Shown here piece by piece: positions 37,196 through 46,730 of a DNA stretch of 64,000 bases. The notes beneath the pieces are model-generated. The model worked only from the letters and a program-made list of their open reading frames with translations, was not told the origin of the DNA and searched no databases. Within the stretch, counting starts at the first letter, position 1. Every line of letters starts with the position of its first letter. The DNA is from Patescibacteria group bacterium (GTDB taxonomy: Bacteria; Patescibacteriota; Patescibacteriia; UBA9570), in contig JBAYIY010000005.1 in assembly GCA_041665365.1 (NCBI GenBank), positions 5,946-69,945 of the forward strand. Reading direction: 5' to 3'. The position numbers and the translations under genes were made by a program.

Positions 37196-38188
37196 CTATC
37201 TTAATGGGAAGGAATTTAGTATACCTTGCTCCACCAAAAACGCAATTAGAACATAGAGCCCGTAGGCACTCAAAAACATTACCCCAAACCCTTTGCTCAG
37301 ACGTTGTCCCCTATACATTAATCCAGCTAGTAAAAGTGTTAGTAGTAAAACCAATGGCAAGTCAAACTTCCAGAAGCTAGCAGCAACCGTAATCGGCGCT
37401 ATACAGATAGTAACACCTAAGACAATCAAAATATTGAGAATATTACTACCGACCACATTGCCAATCACTAAATCATTTGACTTTCGTAGTGAAGCAGTAA
37501 TGCCGGTGACAATTTCTGGTAACGATGTACCAACTGCCACAATGGTAATGCCAATAAATAATTCGCTCAACTGAAATAATCGTGCCAACACAATGGCATT
37601 GGTCACAACCATCCGTGCACCAACAAATAACAAGGCTAAGCCGGCCAGCAATGCTGCTACTGATACTACTAAATCTTTCCGCTGCCGAATGGCTATGTTG
37701 GTTGCTATATCGTCTCGTTCAATGCCATTATTTTGGCTGTGGTAACGTACGGCTATCCAAGTAAACCCTACTCCACATGCCACCAATATCACCCCATCAA
37801 CGCGACTCAAATAGCCATCAATCACCATAAGATAAAGCAACCCTATGGAACAGAGCAAACCAAATAATTCTAACCGTGACTTTTTAGCTAAACCTAGATT
37901 GATGGGATAAATCAGTATGCTTAGCCCCAGCACGATCCCAATATTCGCCACGTTACTACCCAAAACATTACCAAGTACAATATCGTTTTTCTGCTCGAGG
38001 CCCGCAATAATACCAACGACTAATTCTGGTAAGGACGTTCCCAGGGCTACAATGGTTAAACCAATAATAATCAATGGGACTCGCCAGTAACGCGCTAACG
38101 CGGAACTATGATCCAAGAACAGAGTTGAACCTTTATAGAGAATAAACATCCCTACTGCGCCAAGTACAATTGGGATCACATACGCCAT
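37196..38188 (-). CDS. Calcium/sodium antiporter (YrbG-like, CaCA family)
   Basis: Two GTSLPE..GNV(L/V)GSN alpha repeats; start placed at MAYVIP. Confidence 0.92.
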   Translation of the reverse strand: MAYVIPIVLGAVGMFILYKGSTLFLDHSSALARYWRVPLIIIGLTIVALGTSLPELVVGIIAGLEQKNDIVLGNVLGSNVANIGIVLGLSILIYPINLGLAKKSRLELFGLLCSIGLLYLMVIDGYLSRVDGVILVACGVGFTWIAVRYHSQNNGIERDDIATNIAIRQRKDLVVSVAALLAGLALLFVGARMVVTNAIVLARLFQLSELFIGITIVAVGTSLPEIVTGITASLRKSNDLVIGNVVGSNILNILIVLGVTICIAPITVAASFWKFDLPLVLLLTLLLAGLMYRGQRLSKGFGVMFLSAYGLYVLIAFLVEQGILNSFPLR

Positions 38189-38210
38189 GTTGAGTAGTAT
38201 AGCAAAAAAA

Positions 38211-40844
38211 CTATTGACCGTGGCACTTCTTATACTTCTTCCCACTGCCACACGGGCAAGGATCATTGCGGCCAACTTTGGCGGGTTCGACATTTTCGTC
38301 ACCACCCATGAGTTTTTGGGGTTGTTTTTGGGCGGGCTCGGGAGCTAGTTTTTTCACATCGGCCATTTTGTAGATACTATACACCACTTGTTTTTGAATG
38401 TTAGCAATCAATTCAGTGAACATGCCGTAAGCCTCATTTTTATATTCTACCAACGGATCTTTTTGGCCATAACCACGCAAGCCAATTCCTTCACGCAAAT
38501 AGGACATTTGATCGAGATGCTCAATCCATAAAGTATCAATGGCGCGCAAATAGAAGCCTCGTTCGATTTGATATACTAAGTTAGTATCGGCGACATCTTC
38601 AATCATTTTAGCATAACGCTCACGGGCTAAATTCATGAGATATTCCACAATATGGGTTCTGGCTTCAACATCGTGTAACTTATCACCACCTTGGGCTTTA
38701 ATGTCTTCTAACTTTTTTCGTTGTTCAGCGGCTACTGGAAAAATAGAATTGACGGTTTCATATATTTCCTGAATATCCCACTGTTTATCTTTTTCCTGAT
38801 TGGTATGAAAAGACACGACATACTCAATTTCGTTTTCAACTAACTCCATGATTAACTTATTCACTTCATTCGGTTGCACCGCTAAGATTTCATTGCGCTT
38901 GCGATAAATTACCTCACGATGCCGATTCATGACATCATCATATTTCACCAAATGTTCGCGGATATCAAAGTTGTGTCCTTCCACTTTTTTCTGAGCCGTT
39001 TCAATCGAGCGCGATACAATGCGATTTTCAATCGGCATATCCTCCGGCCAGTTTAAACTATTCATCAAACCTTTCACTCGATCGGTGGCAAAAATTCTCA
39101 TTAGGTCATCTTCCATGGAGACAAAAAACTGGGAAATACCCGGATCCCCTTGCCGGCCAGACCGACCACGCAATTGATTGTCAATCCGACGCGCTTCATG
39201 CCGTTCCGTACCGACTACCACTAACCCACCGACCGCGCGCACCGCTTCCGCTTCGGCGGCATCTTGCGGATTACCACCTAAAATAATATCCACACCGCGG
39301 CCAGCCATGTTGGTAGCCAAGGTCACTGCCCCCTTCTTACCGGCTTGAGCAATAATCTCAGCTTCACGTTCATGCTGTTTCGCATTTAAGACTTGGTGTG
39401 GTACACCGGCATTAAAAAGTAGTTTAGACAGTAATTCATTTTTTTCAATCGAGATAGTACCAATTAATACTGGATTACCAGCCTCATGATATTGGCGCAC
39501 TTTTTCCACCACGGCAGCCATCTTTCCTTTCTCATTACGAAAAATGGCATCGGGTGAATCTTTCCGCACTAGTGGCATGTTGGTGGGAATCACCACCACA
39601 TCGAGTTTATAAATTTTATAGAATTCTTCTTTCTCAGTTTCAGCGGTACCGGTCATACCAGATAATTTAGTATACAACCGAAATAAATTCTGGAAAGTAA
39701 TGGTGGCCAATGTACGCGATTCACGTTTGATTTCAATGCGTTCTTTGGCTTCTATGGCTTGATGTAAACCTTCACTGTAGCGTCGGCCGGGCATTAAACG
39801 GCCGGTGAATTCATCGACAATAATCACTTCATTCTCTTTTACTACATAATCACGATCGCGCTTAAATAAAGCAAAGGCTTTTAAGGCTTGTTCAATATGA
39901 TGCACTGTCGTCACACCACCACTTTCATAAATATTCCCAACTCCTAACCAATCTTCCATCTTAGCAATGCCACCAGCGGTCAGTGTAGTGACACGCATTT
40001 TTTCATCGACATTATAATCTTCATTTTCCACTAATTTTTCGACTAATTGCGCAAACCGGAAATATTGATCGGTCGCGGCTTCGGCTTCACCGGAAATAAT
40101 CAATGGTGTGCGGGCTTCATCAATTAAAATACTATCCACTTCATCGACGATAGCATAAGCTAAACCACGTTGCGTTTTGCGCTCGTTACTTGTCACCATG
40201 TTGTCCCGCAGATAATCAAAGCCAAACTCATTGTTGGTACCATAAACAATATCCACTTGATAAGCCTCACGGCGTGAGACTGGTTTTAAATTCGACATGT
40301 CTACTTTAAAAGACGCAGTTTTATCTACTTCATTTTCTTCAGTAGTTGGATCAAATTTAAATGACACCATTTGGTGTTGAATGCAACTGACCGATAAACC
40401 TAACCAGTGATACAGTTGCCCCATCCAATCGGCATCTCGTTTGGCTAAATAATCATTCACTGTAACCACGTGCACGCCTTGGCCAGATAAGGCATTCAAA
40501 TACACTGCCGCTGTAGCCGTTAAAGTTTTACCTTCACCGGTTTTCATTTCGGCAATCATACCGCGATGCAACACCACTGCCCCAATTAACTGCACCGTAT
40601 AATGACGTTGCCCCAACACCCGTTTGGCGGCTTCACGCACAACTGCAAAAGCATCAGGCAAAATATTATCTAATGTTTCACCTTTGGTTAAACGCTCTTT
40701 AAGTTTTCCAGTTTGACTTTGCAACTCAGCATCAGACATGGCTTGATAAGCCGCCTCCAACTGATCGACTTGATCAATGATGGGCTGAATGCCTTTGACG
40801 ATTTTTTTACTTTCGTCGCCAAACCATTTATCGAGAAAATTCAT
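38211..40844 (-). CDS. secA: Preprotein translocase subunit SecA
   Basis: EMKTGEGKTL, VDEVDSILIDEARTPLIISG, RGRSGRQGDPG, SEC-C motif GRNDPCPCGSGKKYKKCHG. Confidence 0.99.
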   Translation of the reverse strand: MNFLDKWFGDESKKIVKGIQPIIDQVDQLEAAYQAMSDAELQSQTGKLKERLTKGETLDNILPDAFAVVREAAKRVLGQRHYTVQLIGAVVLHRGMIAEMKTGEGKTLTATAAVYLNALSGQGVHVVTVNDYLAKRDADWMGQLYHWLGLSVSCIQHQMVSFKFDPTTEENEVDKTASFKVDMSNLKPVSRREAYQVDIVYGTNNEFGFDYLRDNMVTSNERKTQRGLAYAIVDEVDSILIDEARTPLIISGEAEAATDQYFRFAQLVEKLVENEDYNVDEKMRVTTLTAGGIAKMEDWLGVGNIYESGGVTTVHHIEQALKAFALFKRDRDYVVKENEVIIVDEFTGRLMPGRRYSEGLHQAIEAKERIEIKRESRTLATITFQNLFRLYTKLSGMTGTAETEKEEFYKIYKLDVVVIPTNMPLVRKDSPDAIFRNEKGKMAAVVEKVRQYHEAGNPVLIGTISIEKNELLSKLLFNAGVPHQVLNAKQHEREAEIIAQAGKKGAVTLATNMAGRGVDIILGGNPQDAAEAEAVRAVGGLVVVGTERHEARRIDNQLRGRSGRQGDPGISQFFVSMEDDLMRIFATDRVKGLMNSLNWPEDMPIENRIVSRSIETAQKKVEGHNFDIREHLVKYDDVMNRHREVIYRKRNEILAVQPNEVNKLIMELVENEIEYVVSFHTNQEKDKQWDIQEIYETVNSIFPVAAEQRKKLEDIKAQGGDKLHDVEARTHIVEYLMNLARERYAKMIEDVADTNLVYQIERGFYLRAIDTLWIEHLDQMSYLREGIGLRGYGQKDPLVEYKNEAYGMFTELIANIQKQVVYSIYKMADVKKLAPEPAQKQPQKLMGGDENVEPAKVGRNDPCPCGSGKKYKKCHGQ

Positions 40845-40850
40845 ACTCCG

Positions 40851-41195
40851 TTACACCGCCGACTTGCGGTCGCGACTTTCAGCATTAGCTCGACGATGTT
40901 TTGTTTCTAATTTATTTTTTAAGTCACGTAATTGTCGTTCCATTTCATCCTTCACAATATCAATCGCCGCATACATCGTAGCCGCGACTTCCTCAGTAAA
41001 AAGCACCTCATGCCCAACATGAAATTGAGCCGTGGCTTTAAACTCTTCCTTATGTTGCTCGCGCACATCCTCAAGGGTGACGCGAATTTCAGTGATAGAC
41101 TCATTAAATTTCGCTAAACCACCGATTTTGGTATCGACATATTGCTTGAGAGCCTCGGTCAGCTCAATGTTTTTGCCGGATAGTTGGATATTCAT
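40851..41195 (-). CDS. hpf: Ribosome hibernation factor (HPF/RaiA)
   Basis: MNIQLSGKNIELTEALKQYVDTKIG, MYAAID..ERQL; upstream of secA. Confidence 0.92.
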   Translation of the reverse strand: MNIQLSGKNIELTEALKQYVDTKIGGLAKFNESITEIRVTLEDVREQHKEEFKATAQFHVGHEVLFTEEVAATMYAAIDIVKDEMERQLRDLKNKLETKHRRANAESRDRKSAV

Positions 41196-41213
41196 AGTGG
41201 GGGTAGTATAACA

Positions 41214-42068
41214 CTAGAACCCAATATATTCAATCTCCTCCATTAACTGCACGCCGGTTTTATCGCGGACTTGTTGTTTAATATATGAAATCAGCTGCAC
41301 CACTTGATCAGCGGTGGCATGACCAACATTTAATATAAAATTGGCGTGGGTGTTAGATACCATGGCATCGCCGATTTTGTAACCTTTTAAACCCAACTCA
41401 TCAATTAACTGAGCGGCGGTTTTATCGCCAGGTGGATTGCGGAAAGTACAGCCAGCCGTATCCTCGCCCACATTTTGCTCCAGCTTTTTCTGATTAGCTA
41501 AACCAATCATGGTTTTACGTAACGCCATCGGGTCACCCGGTTGTAACTGGAAAGTAGCATCGAGCACCACTAAGGGTTGATGTTTAAAAATACTATCGCG
41601 ATATTGAAAAGCACAGTCAGCTTTAGTGTAAGTAGCTATTCTCCCTTCATAATCTGTGACCGTACAGGTTTTTAATACTTGAGAAATATCTGAGCCGCGA
41701 CAACCAAGATTCGCCCACACGGCTCCACCGACTGAGGCGGGCACACCTGTGGCAAATTCCAAACCGGCTAAACCCTGACCAACGGCGGTACGAATCACCG
41801 CACTAAGTGGTAATCCGGCTCCGGCTTTAACATAATTATCATTGACAGAAATTCCACCAATATCTACTTTAATCACTAACCCGGCAAAACCATGATCATG
41901 CACTAATACATTACTTCCCCCACCTAACACAAACACCGGCCACTGTTTAGTTTCGGCTTCCTTTAAGGCTGATAATAATTCAGCCGTATTTTTTACCCGC
42001 ACAAAAAACTTGGCCGAACCACCAATTTTTAAAGTGGTAAAAGCGGCTAAGCTGACGTTGTCTTGCAT
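41214..42068 (-). CDS. murB: UDP-N-acetylmuramate dehydrogenase
   Basis: TTLKIGG, LGGGSNVLV, GLEF..GVPASVGGA, F.YRDS.FK, HANFILN. Confidence 0.96.
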   Translation of the reverse strand: MQDNVSLAAFTTLKIGGSAKFFVRVKNTAELLSALKEAETKQWPVFVLGGGSNVLVHDHGFAGLVIKVDIGGISVNDNYVKAGAGLPLSAVIRTAVGQGLAGLEFATGVPASVGGAVWANLGCRGSDISQVLKTCTVTDYEGRIATYTKADCAFQYRDSIFKHQPLVVLDATFQLQPGDPMALRKTMIGLANQKKLEQNVGEDTAGCTFRNPPGDKTAAQLIDELGLKGYKIGDAMVSNTHANFILNVGHATADQVVQLISYIKQQVRDKTGVQLMEEIEYIGF

Positions 42069-43423
42069 AAGGTATCGGCCACTTCATAAACATCCCCTGC
42101 CCCCACGATCAACACAACATCTTTCGCTTCAACATGCTCGGCCAACAAATGTTCCGTAGCCAAATTATCTTTCGAATATAAAACCATTTTGCCGCGTTGT
42201 TCAATGGCGGTGACTAAATCATGTGAGGATACAGCTTGATCAGAACTGGCTTCACGCCCGGCCACATCGTAAATTTCTTGCATGATAATCAAATCAGCTA
42301 GATCAAACGCTTCAGCAAAACCTTTAAATAATCTTTTTGTACGATTATGTTGATGGGGTTGAAACACAATTACGATGCGTCGATTTGGATACCACTCTTT
42401 AGTGGCTTTTAACGTACTAGTCAGTGCCGTAGGATGATGAGCATAATCTGAAATGACATCGGCTCCCCGATATTGCCCAACTAATTCAAACCGCCGCCAG
42501 GTACCGGTGAATTGATCTAACCCAGCTTGAATGGTTTTAGCATCAATCCCCAAATGTCGAGCATAAGCAATGACAGCTAGAGCATTGTAGATATTAAAAT
42601 CCCCCGGCACGTGAATGGTATAATGTGCTCCATCAACCGAAAAGGTTTGTTGGTGACCAGATTTGGTAATATCTTTAGCCATATAATCGGCTGACTCTTT
42701 GATACCAAATGATACTACTGTGCCATCGAAACCTAACTCTTTACTTTCAGAATCATCGGCGTTACGCACATACACACCGTCACTAGGTAGTTTATCCAGA
42801 TAACTTTGAAAGGTGGCTTGAATATGATCGAGATCGCGATAATAATCCAAATGATCTTCTTCAATATTTGTAATGATGATGGCATTCGGACTTAACTCCA
42901 ACATGTGCGCCCGATATTCACACGCTTCCACCACAATCGTGCCATGATCTTTACCCACGCGCACATTGCTCCCTAAAGATTTTATTGTACTACCCACAAT
43001 CGCAGTGGGATCGTAACCCGCGGCCGTTAAAACTAGTGTCAGTAAAGCCGTTGTGGTGGTTTTACCGTGTGTGCCAGACACAGTCACACGATGATTATAG
43101 GCTGACATTAAATCTCCCACGGCTGCAAAATAAGTTTGAGTTTTATGTTCCAATTTCTTTTCAATGATTATAGCTCGTTCTGGATTAGTGGTTGGCACTG
43201 CATCAGAATAAATGTATAAGTCTGCATCTAACGGCACATGATCAGCTGATTGAGGAATAAGCACTGTAATTCCTTCGGCCTTTAAACCATCTATCACGGC
43301 ACCGCCGGCACCATCGGAACCAGACACGGATTTACCGAGTTGATGGGTGATGCGCGCCAAACCAGATACGCCGGCTCCACCGATGCCAATATAATAGATT
43401 TTTTTCGCTTGATTGATTTTCAT
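42047..43423 (-). CDS. murC: UDP-N-acetylmuramate--L-alanine ligase
   Basis: IGIGGAGVSGLA, GTHGKTTTT, EACEY, DYAHHPT, FQPH. Confidence 0.96.
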   Translation of the reverse strand: MKINQAKKIYYIGIGGAGVSGLARITHQLGKSVSGSDGAGGAVIDGLKAEGITVLIPQSADHVPLDADLYIYSDAVPTTNPERAIIIEKKLEHKTQTYFAAVGDLMSAYNHRVTVSGTHGKTTTTALLTLVLTAAGYDPTAIVGSTIKSLGSNVRVGKDHGTIVVEACEYRAHMLELSPNAIIITNIEEDHLDYYRDLDHIQATFQSYLDKLPSDGVYVRNADDSESKELGFDGTVVSFGIKESADYMAKDITKSGHQQTFSVDGAHYTIHVPGDFNIYNALAVIAYARHLGIDAKTIQAGLDQFTGTWRRFELVGQYRGADVISDYAHHPTALTSTLKATKEWYPNRRIVIVFQPHQHNRTKRLFKGFAEAFDLADLIIMQEIYDVAGREASSDQAVSSHDLVTAIEQRGKMVLYSKDNLATEHLLAEHVEAKDVVLIVGAGDVYEVADTLCKTTSA

Positions 43424-43437
43424 AGTCCTCCTCTATT

Positions 43438-44574
43438 CTATAGTAGTGGCAGTATTTTGCCAATCAAATAGAGTGAACCAGTAACGATACCAACATCCTG
43501 TTTGGTTAATTTTTTCTTGAAGTATTTAAACGCAGCGGTTGAATCGGTTAATTTTTTGATCTTAATAGTTTTATCCAATTTTTTTACGGCTTTTTCTAAT
43601 TGCGTTAAAGAATAACTATTGGGAAAAGTAGTGAGAATTATTTCATCAACTAATGATAATAATGGTTTTAATGTATTGATTAGATCTTTGGTTGATTTAA
43701 TACTACATAAACAAATAACGGTTTTATCTTTTAATGGTACTAGTTGTTTTAATGAGTGCGTAAACGCCGACATTTTTTGTGGATTATGTGCACCGTCTAA
43801 AATAATTAATGGTTTACGATTAACTACTTCAAACCGCCCACGTGACTGCACGGTTTTTAGACCATAACGAATGGCGGCACTACCGATACCCAAACGTTGC
43901 ACGGCTTCAATGGCTAAAATGGCATTGCGAATTTGATAGTGACCAACCCAATTAAGCTGCACATCCTTTAAATGTTTATAATCAAACACACTACCGGTTA
44001 AATCAGCTTGTTTAAGTTTGAATTTTGATAAATCAATGTAGGTGCCACGTTTAATAAACGTTGAACCAGTTAGGCCAATACACCCAGGTTTAATAATGTC
44101 TTGTTTATCACGAGCAATGATTTGTTTTGTCTTACCTAATATGTCCATGTGATCCAAACCAATATCAGTCACTATGGCCACAGTGGGTTGTACTATATTG
44201 GTGGCATCGAATTTTCCACCGATCCCAACTTCGATCACAGCGTAATCCACCTGACGATCGGCAAAATATGACAACGCTGCTAAGGTATATTGTTCAAACT
44301 CAGTTAAATTAACATCGACTGGCGGTACTAGTTTACGAATCGGTTTACCATTTACCGTGATGCGTTCTGTCTCCGTCACCAAGGCCGGTGAAGTAAACAA
44401 TCCCACATTATAGCCCGCTGCTTGTAAAATACTCGCAATCATGGCACAGGTGGAACCTTTGCCTGATGTCCCACCGACATGAATCACTTTATATTTACGC
44501 TCCGGATGCCCAAACCGTTCGACAGCGGCTTGCATGCGCTCGAGTTGATAATTAACGGTGAGTTGGTTATCCAT
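43438..44574 (-). CDS. folC: Folylpolyglutamate/dihydrofolate synthase family protein
   Basis: IHVGGTSGKGST, GLFTSP, IEVGIGGKFDATN, IGLDH, LDGAHN, TGSLYLIG. Confidence 0.88.
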   Translation of the reverse strand: MDNQLTVNYQLERMQAAVERFGHPERKYKVIHVGGTSGKGSTCAMIASILQAAGYNVGLFTSPALVTETERITVNGKPIRKLVPPVDVNLTEFEQYTLAALSYFADRQVDYAVIEVGIGGKFDATNIVQPTVAIVTDIGLDHMDILGKTKQIIARDKQDIIKPGCIGLTGSTFIKRGTYIDLSKFKLKQADLTGSVFDYKHLKDVQLNWVGHYQIRNAILAIEAVQRLGIGSAAIRYGLKTVQSRGRFEVVNRKPLIILDGAHNPQKMSAFTHSLKQLVPLKDKTVICLCSIKSTKDLINTLKPLLSLVDEIILTTFPNSYSLTQLEKAVKKLDKTIKIKKLTDSTAAFKYFKKKLTKQDVGIVTGSLYLIGKILPLL

Positions 44575-45565
44575 ATCTAGAAATCAACTGAACCAACCGT
44601 TGCTTCGCTCCGTTTGGTAGCACAGCAATAATATTTTTTCCTAACTGATCAAGTTTAGTTTGATCATGTAGTAGATTGGTAATTTCCTGAGTAAACCTTT
44701 CCGGTGTCAGTGTGGTTTGCTCCAACACCACCGCTGCATTATGTTTGGTAAATATTTTAGCATTATCTTCTTGATGTGAATTAGGTATTGGGATAATCAT
44801 AGTTGGTTTACCCAACTCCGCTAATTCAGAGAGTGTCCCCAACCCGGCACGACACACCACTAAATCAGCTTTATGTATGGCCTCATTAAACTCGTTGGTT
44901 AGTAAAGTATATGGGTGATAACGTGCATGATTAATGGTATGTATCATTTTACCTTCACCGGTAATATGAATCACGTTAACCTGGTTACATAGTTCTGTAG
45001 ACACTAAATCATTAATAAACTGTGCCCCTGTTCCCCCACCCATAATCAACACTGTTGGTACACTACTATCTAATTTAATTTCATTAGTGGTAACAGATAA
45101 ATCTCGCACCGGATTACCAATCGGCTCGACAGATAAAGGTGTTTCAGCAAAGGCTTTGGTTAATACTGTAGCAAATGGTTTCATCAGTTTAGTAGATAAA
45201 CTTAACCGCACATCTTGCTGGTGCACCACCACTGGAACATTGCACCACCAAGCCGCCCACACTAATGGTACAGACACAAACCCACCGGCCGAAACAACGA
45301 CAGTTGGATTATATCTCATGATGTAATACCAACTTTGCCAGAACGCCAATATAATAATAAACGGATCAATAATATTTCGTATAGAAAAATACCGCCGTAA
45401 TTTTCCAGATAATAACGGCAGATAAACCAGGTCGGTCACTAATTGTCTTTCTACTCCTTGATACGTGCCGACAAAAAATAACTCATGCTTTCGCAACTGC
45501 TCAGCGACAGCGAGTAACGGTGTGACTGATCCGGCGGTACCACCACCACTAAACATTATGCGCAT
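44567..45565 (-). CDS. murG: Lipid II GlcNAc transferase MurG
   Basis: SGGGTAG, GKLRRY, GGFVSVP, GNPVR, RAG..TLSE, HQEDNA. Confidence 0.95.
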   Translation of the reverse strand: MRIMFSGGGTAGSVTPLLAVAEQLRKHELFFVGTYQGVERQLVTDLVYLPLLSGKLRRYFSIRNIIDPFIIILAFWQSWYYIMRYNPTVVVSAGGFVSVPLVWAAWWCNVPVVVHQQDVRLSLSTKLMKPFATVLTKAFAETPLSVEPIGNPVRDLSVTTNEIKLDSSVPTVLIMGGGTGAQFINDLVSTELCNQVNVIHITGEGKMIHTINHARYHPYTLLTNEFNEAIHKADLVVCRAGLGTLSELAELGKPTMIIPIPNSHQEDNAKIFTKHNAAVVLEQTTLTPERFTQEITNLLHDQTKLDQLGKNIIAVLPNGAKQRLVQLISRYG

Positions 45566-45566
45566 A

Positions 45567-46730
45567 TTAACGTTGTAAAGATGTTTGTCTGGAAATATTT
45601 ATTAGAATGCCTACCGCGGCTAGAATTGTGGCCATAGATGTACTGCCATAACTGATTAATGGTAAAGGGATGCCGGTTAATGGTAATAAAGACAACATGG
45701 CCATCATGTTAACCACCGCTTGAAATGAAATCCAAGTCACCACACCGGTGGCCACAATTTTTCCAAAACTGTCCGGAGCATGTTTGGCCACCTGCACGCC
45801 CTGCCACATAATCGCCATAAACAAAGCCACCACACTGACTGTAATAATAAAACCCATTTCTTCAGCCACGACCGCAAAAATAGAATCAGTTGCTACTTCA
45901 GGTAAATAATTAAACTTTTGCCGGGAATGGCCTAAACCTAAACCAAACATTCCACCTGATCCAATCGCCAATAAGGCCTGATTGATATGAAAACCAATGC
46001 CCAATGGATCTAAATCTGGATGCAGAAAGACCGACAAACGTTCGGCGCGATAAACAAAAGAAGACATAAATAATGGCAGTACTTTAACCATAACAAAAAA
46101 TGTGGCACCGGCCGCGGCAAAAATAATCCCCAAGTGTTTCCAGGGCGCCCCGGCCACGTAATATGACACAATCGCAATCACCGCAATGACTACCATCGTG
46201 CCCAGATCTTTTTGCAGGCCGGCAATGATTAATACCATAAAACTAACCATGACCATAAATGGCATGAAACCAGTGCTAAAATCATGAATCGCTTGGCTTT
46301 TTTCTCTTGCTTCTAGCCAAACACCTAAGTACAATAAAAAAGTTAACTTAATAACTTCTGACGGTTGAAATAAAATGCCGCCTAAATCAATCCAGCGCCG
46401 TGCTCCTAATAATTCAACACCCACACCCGGAATTAGAACCGCTAACAACAGTACAATATTCAAAAGAATTAATGGAAAGGCCAATTTTTTCCAAATGTGA
46501 TAATCCAAGCGTGAAAAAGCCCACAACGCCGGTAACCCAAGCAACACACCATAGAGTAATTGTCGTTTTACAAAATAATATGGATCACCATGGCTACCAA
46601 AACCGTCTGGCGCACTGGCCGACGACAACATAATTAAACCAAAAATCAACACAATGAAGATTAATCCCACTAAGGTGTAATTAGGATTATGGAAAAAAGC
46701 AGCGGCGCGGGATTTTACACTGTGCTTCAT
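45567..46730 (-). CDS. ftsW: Peptidoglycan polymerase FtsW (SEDS family)
   Basis: GARRWI, FQPSE, QKDLGT, GSGG.FGLGLGHSRQKFNYLPE..TDSIF, TGIPLPLISYG. Confidence 0.93.
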   Translation of the reverse strand: MKHSVKSRAAAFFHNPNYTLVGLIFIVLIFGLIMLSSASAPDGFGSHGDPYYFVKRQLLYGVLLGLPALWAFSRLDYHIWKKLAFPLILLNIVLLLAVLIPGVGVELLGARRWIDLGGILFQPSEVIKLTFLLYLGVWLEAREKSQAIHDFSTGFMPFMVMVSFMVLIIAGLQKDLGTMVVIAVIAIVSYYVAGAPWKHLGIIFAAAGATFFVMVKVLPLFMSSFVYRAERLSVFLHPDLDPLGIGFHINQALLAIGSGGMFGLGLGHSRQKFNYLPEVATDSIFAVVAEEMGFIITVSVVALFMAIMWQGVQVAKHAPDSFGKIVATGVVTWISFQAVVNMMAMLSLLPLTGIPLPLISYGSTSMATILAAVGILINISRQTSLQR

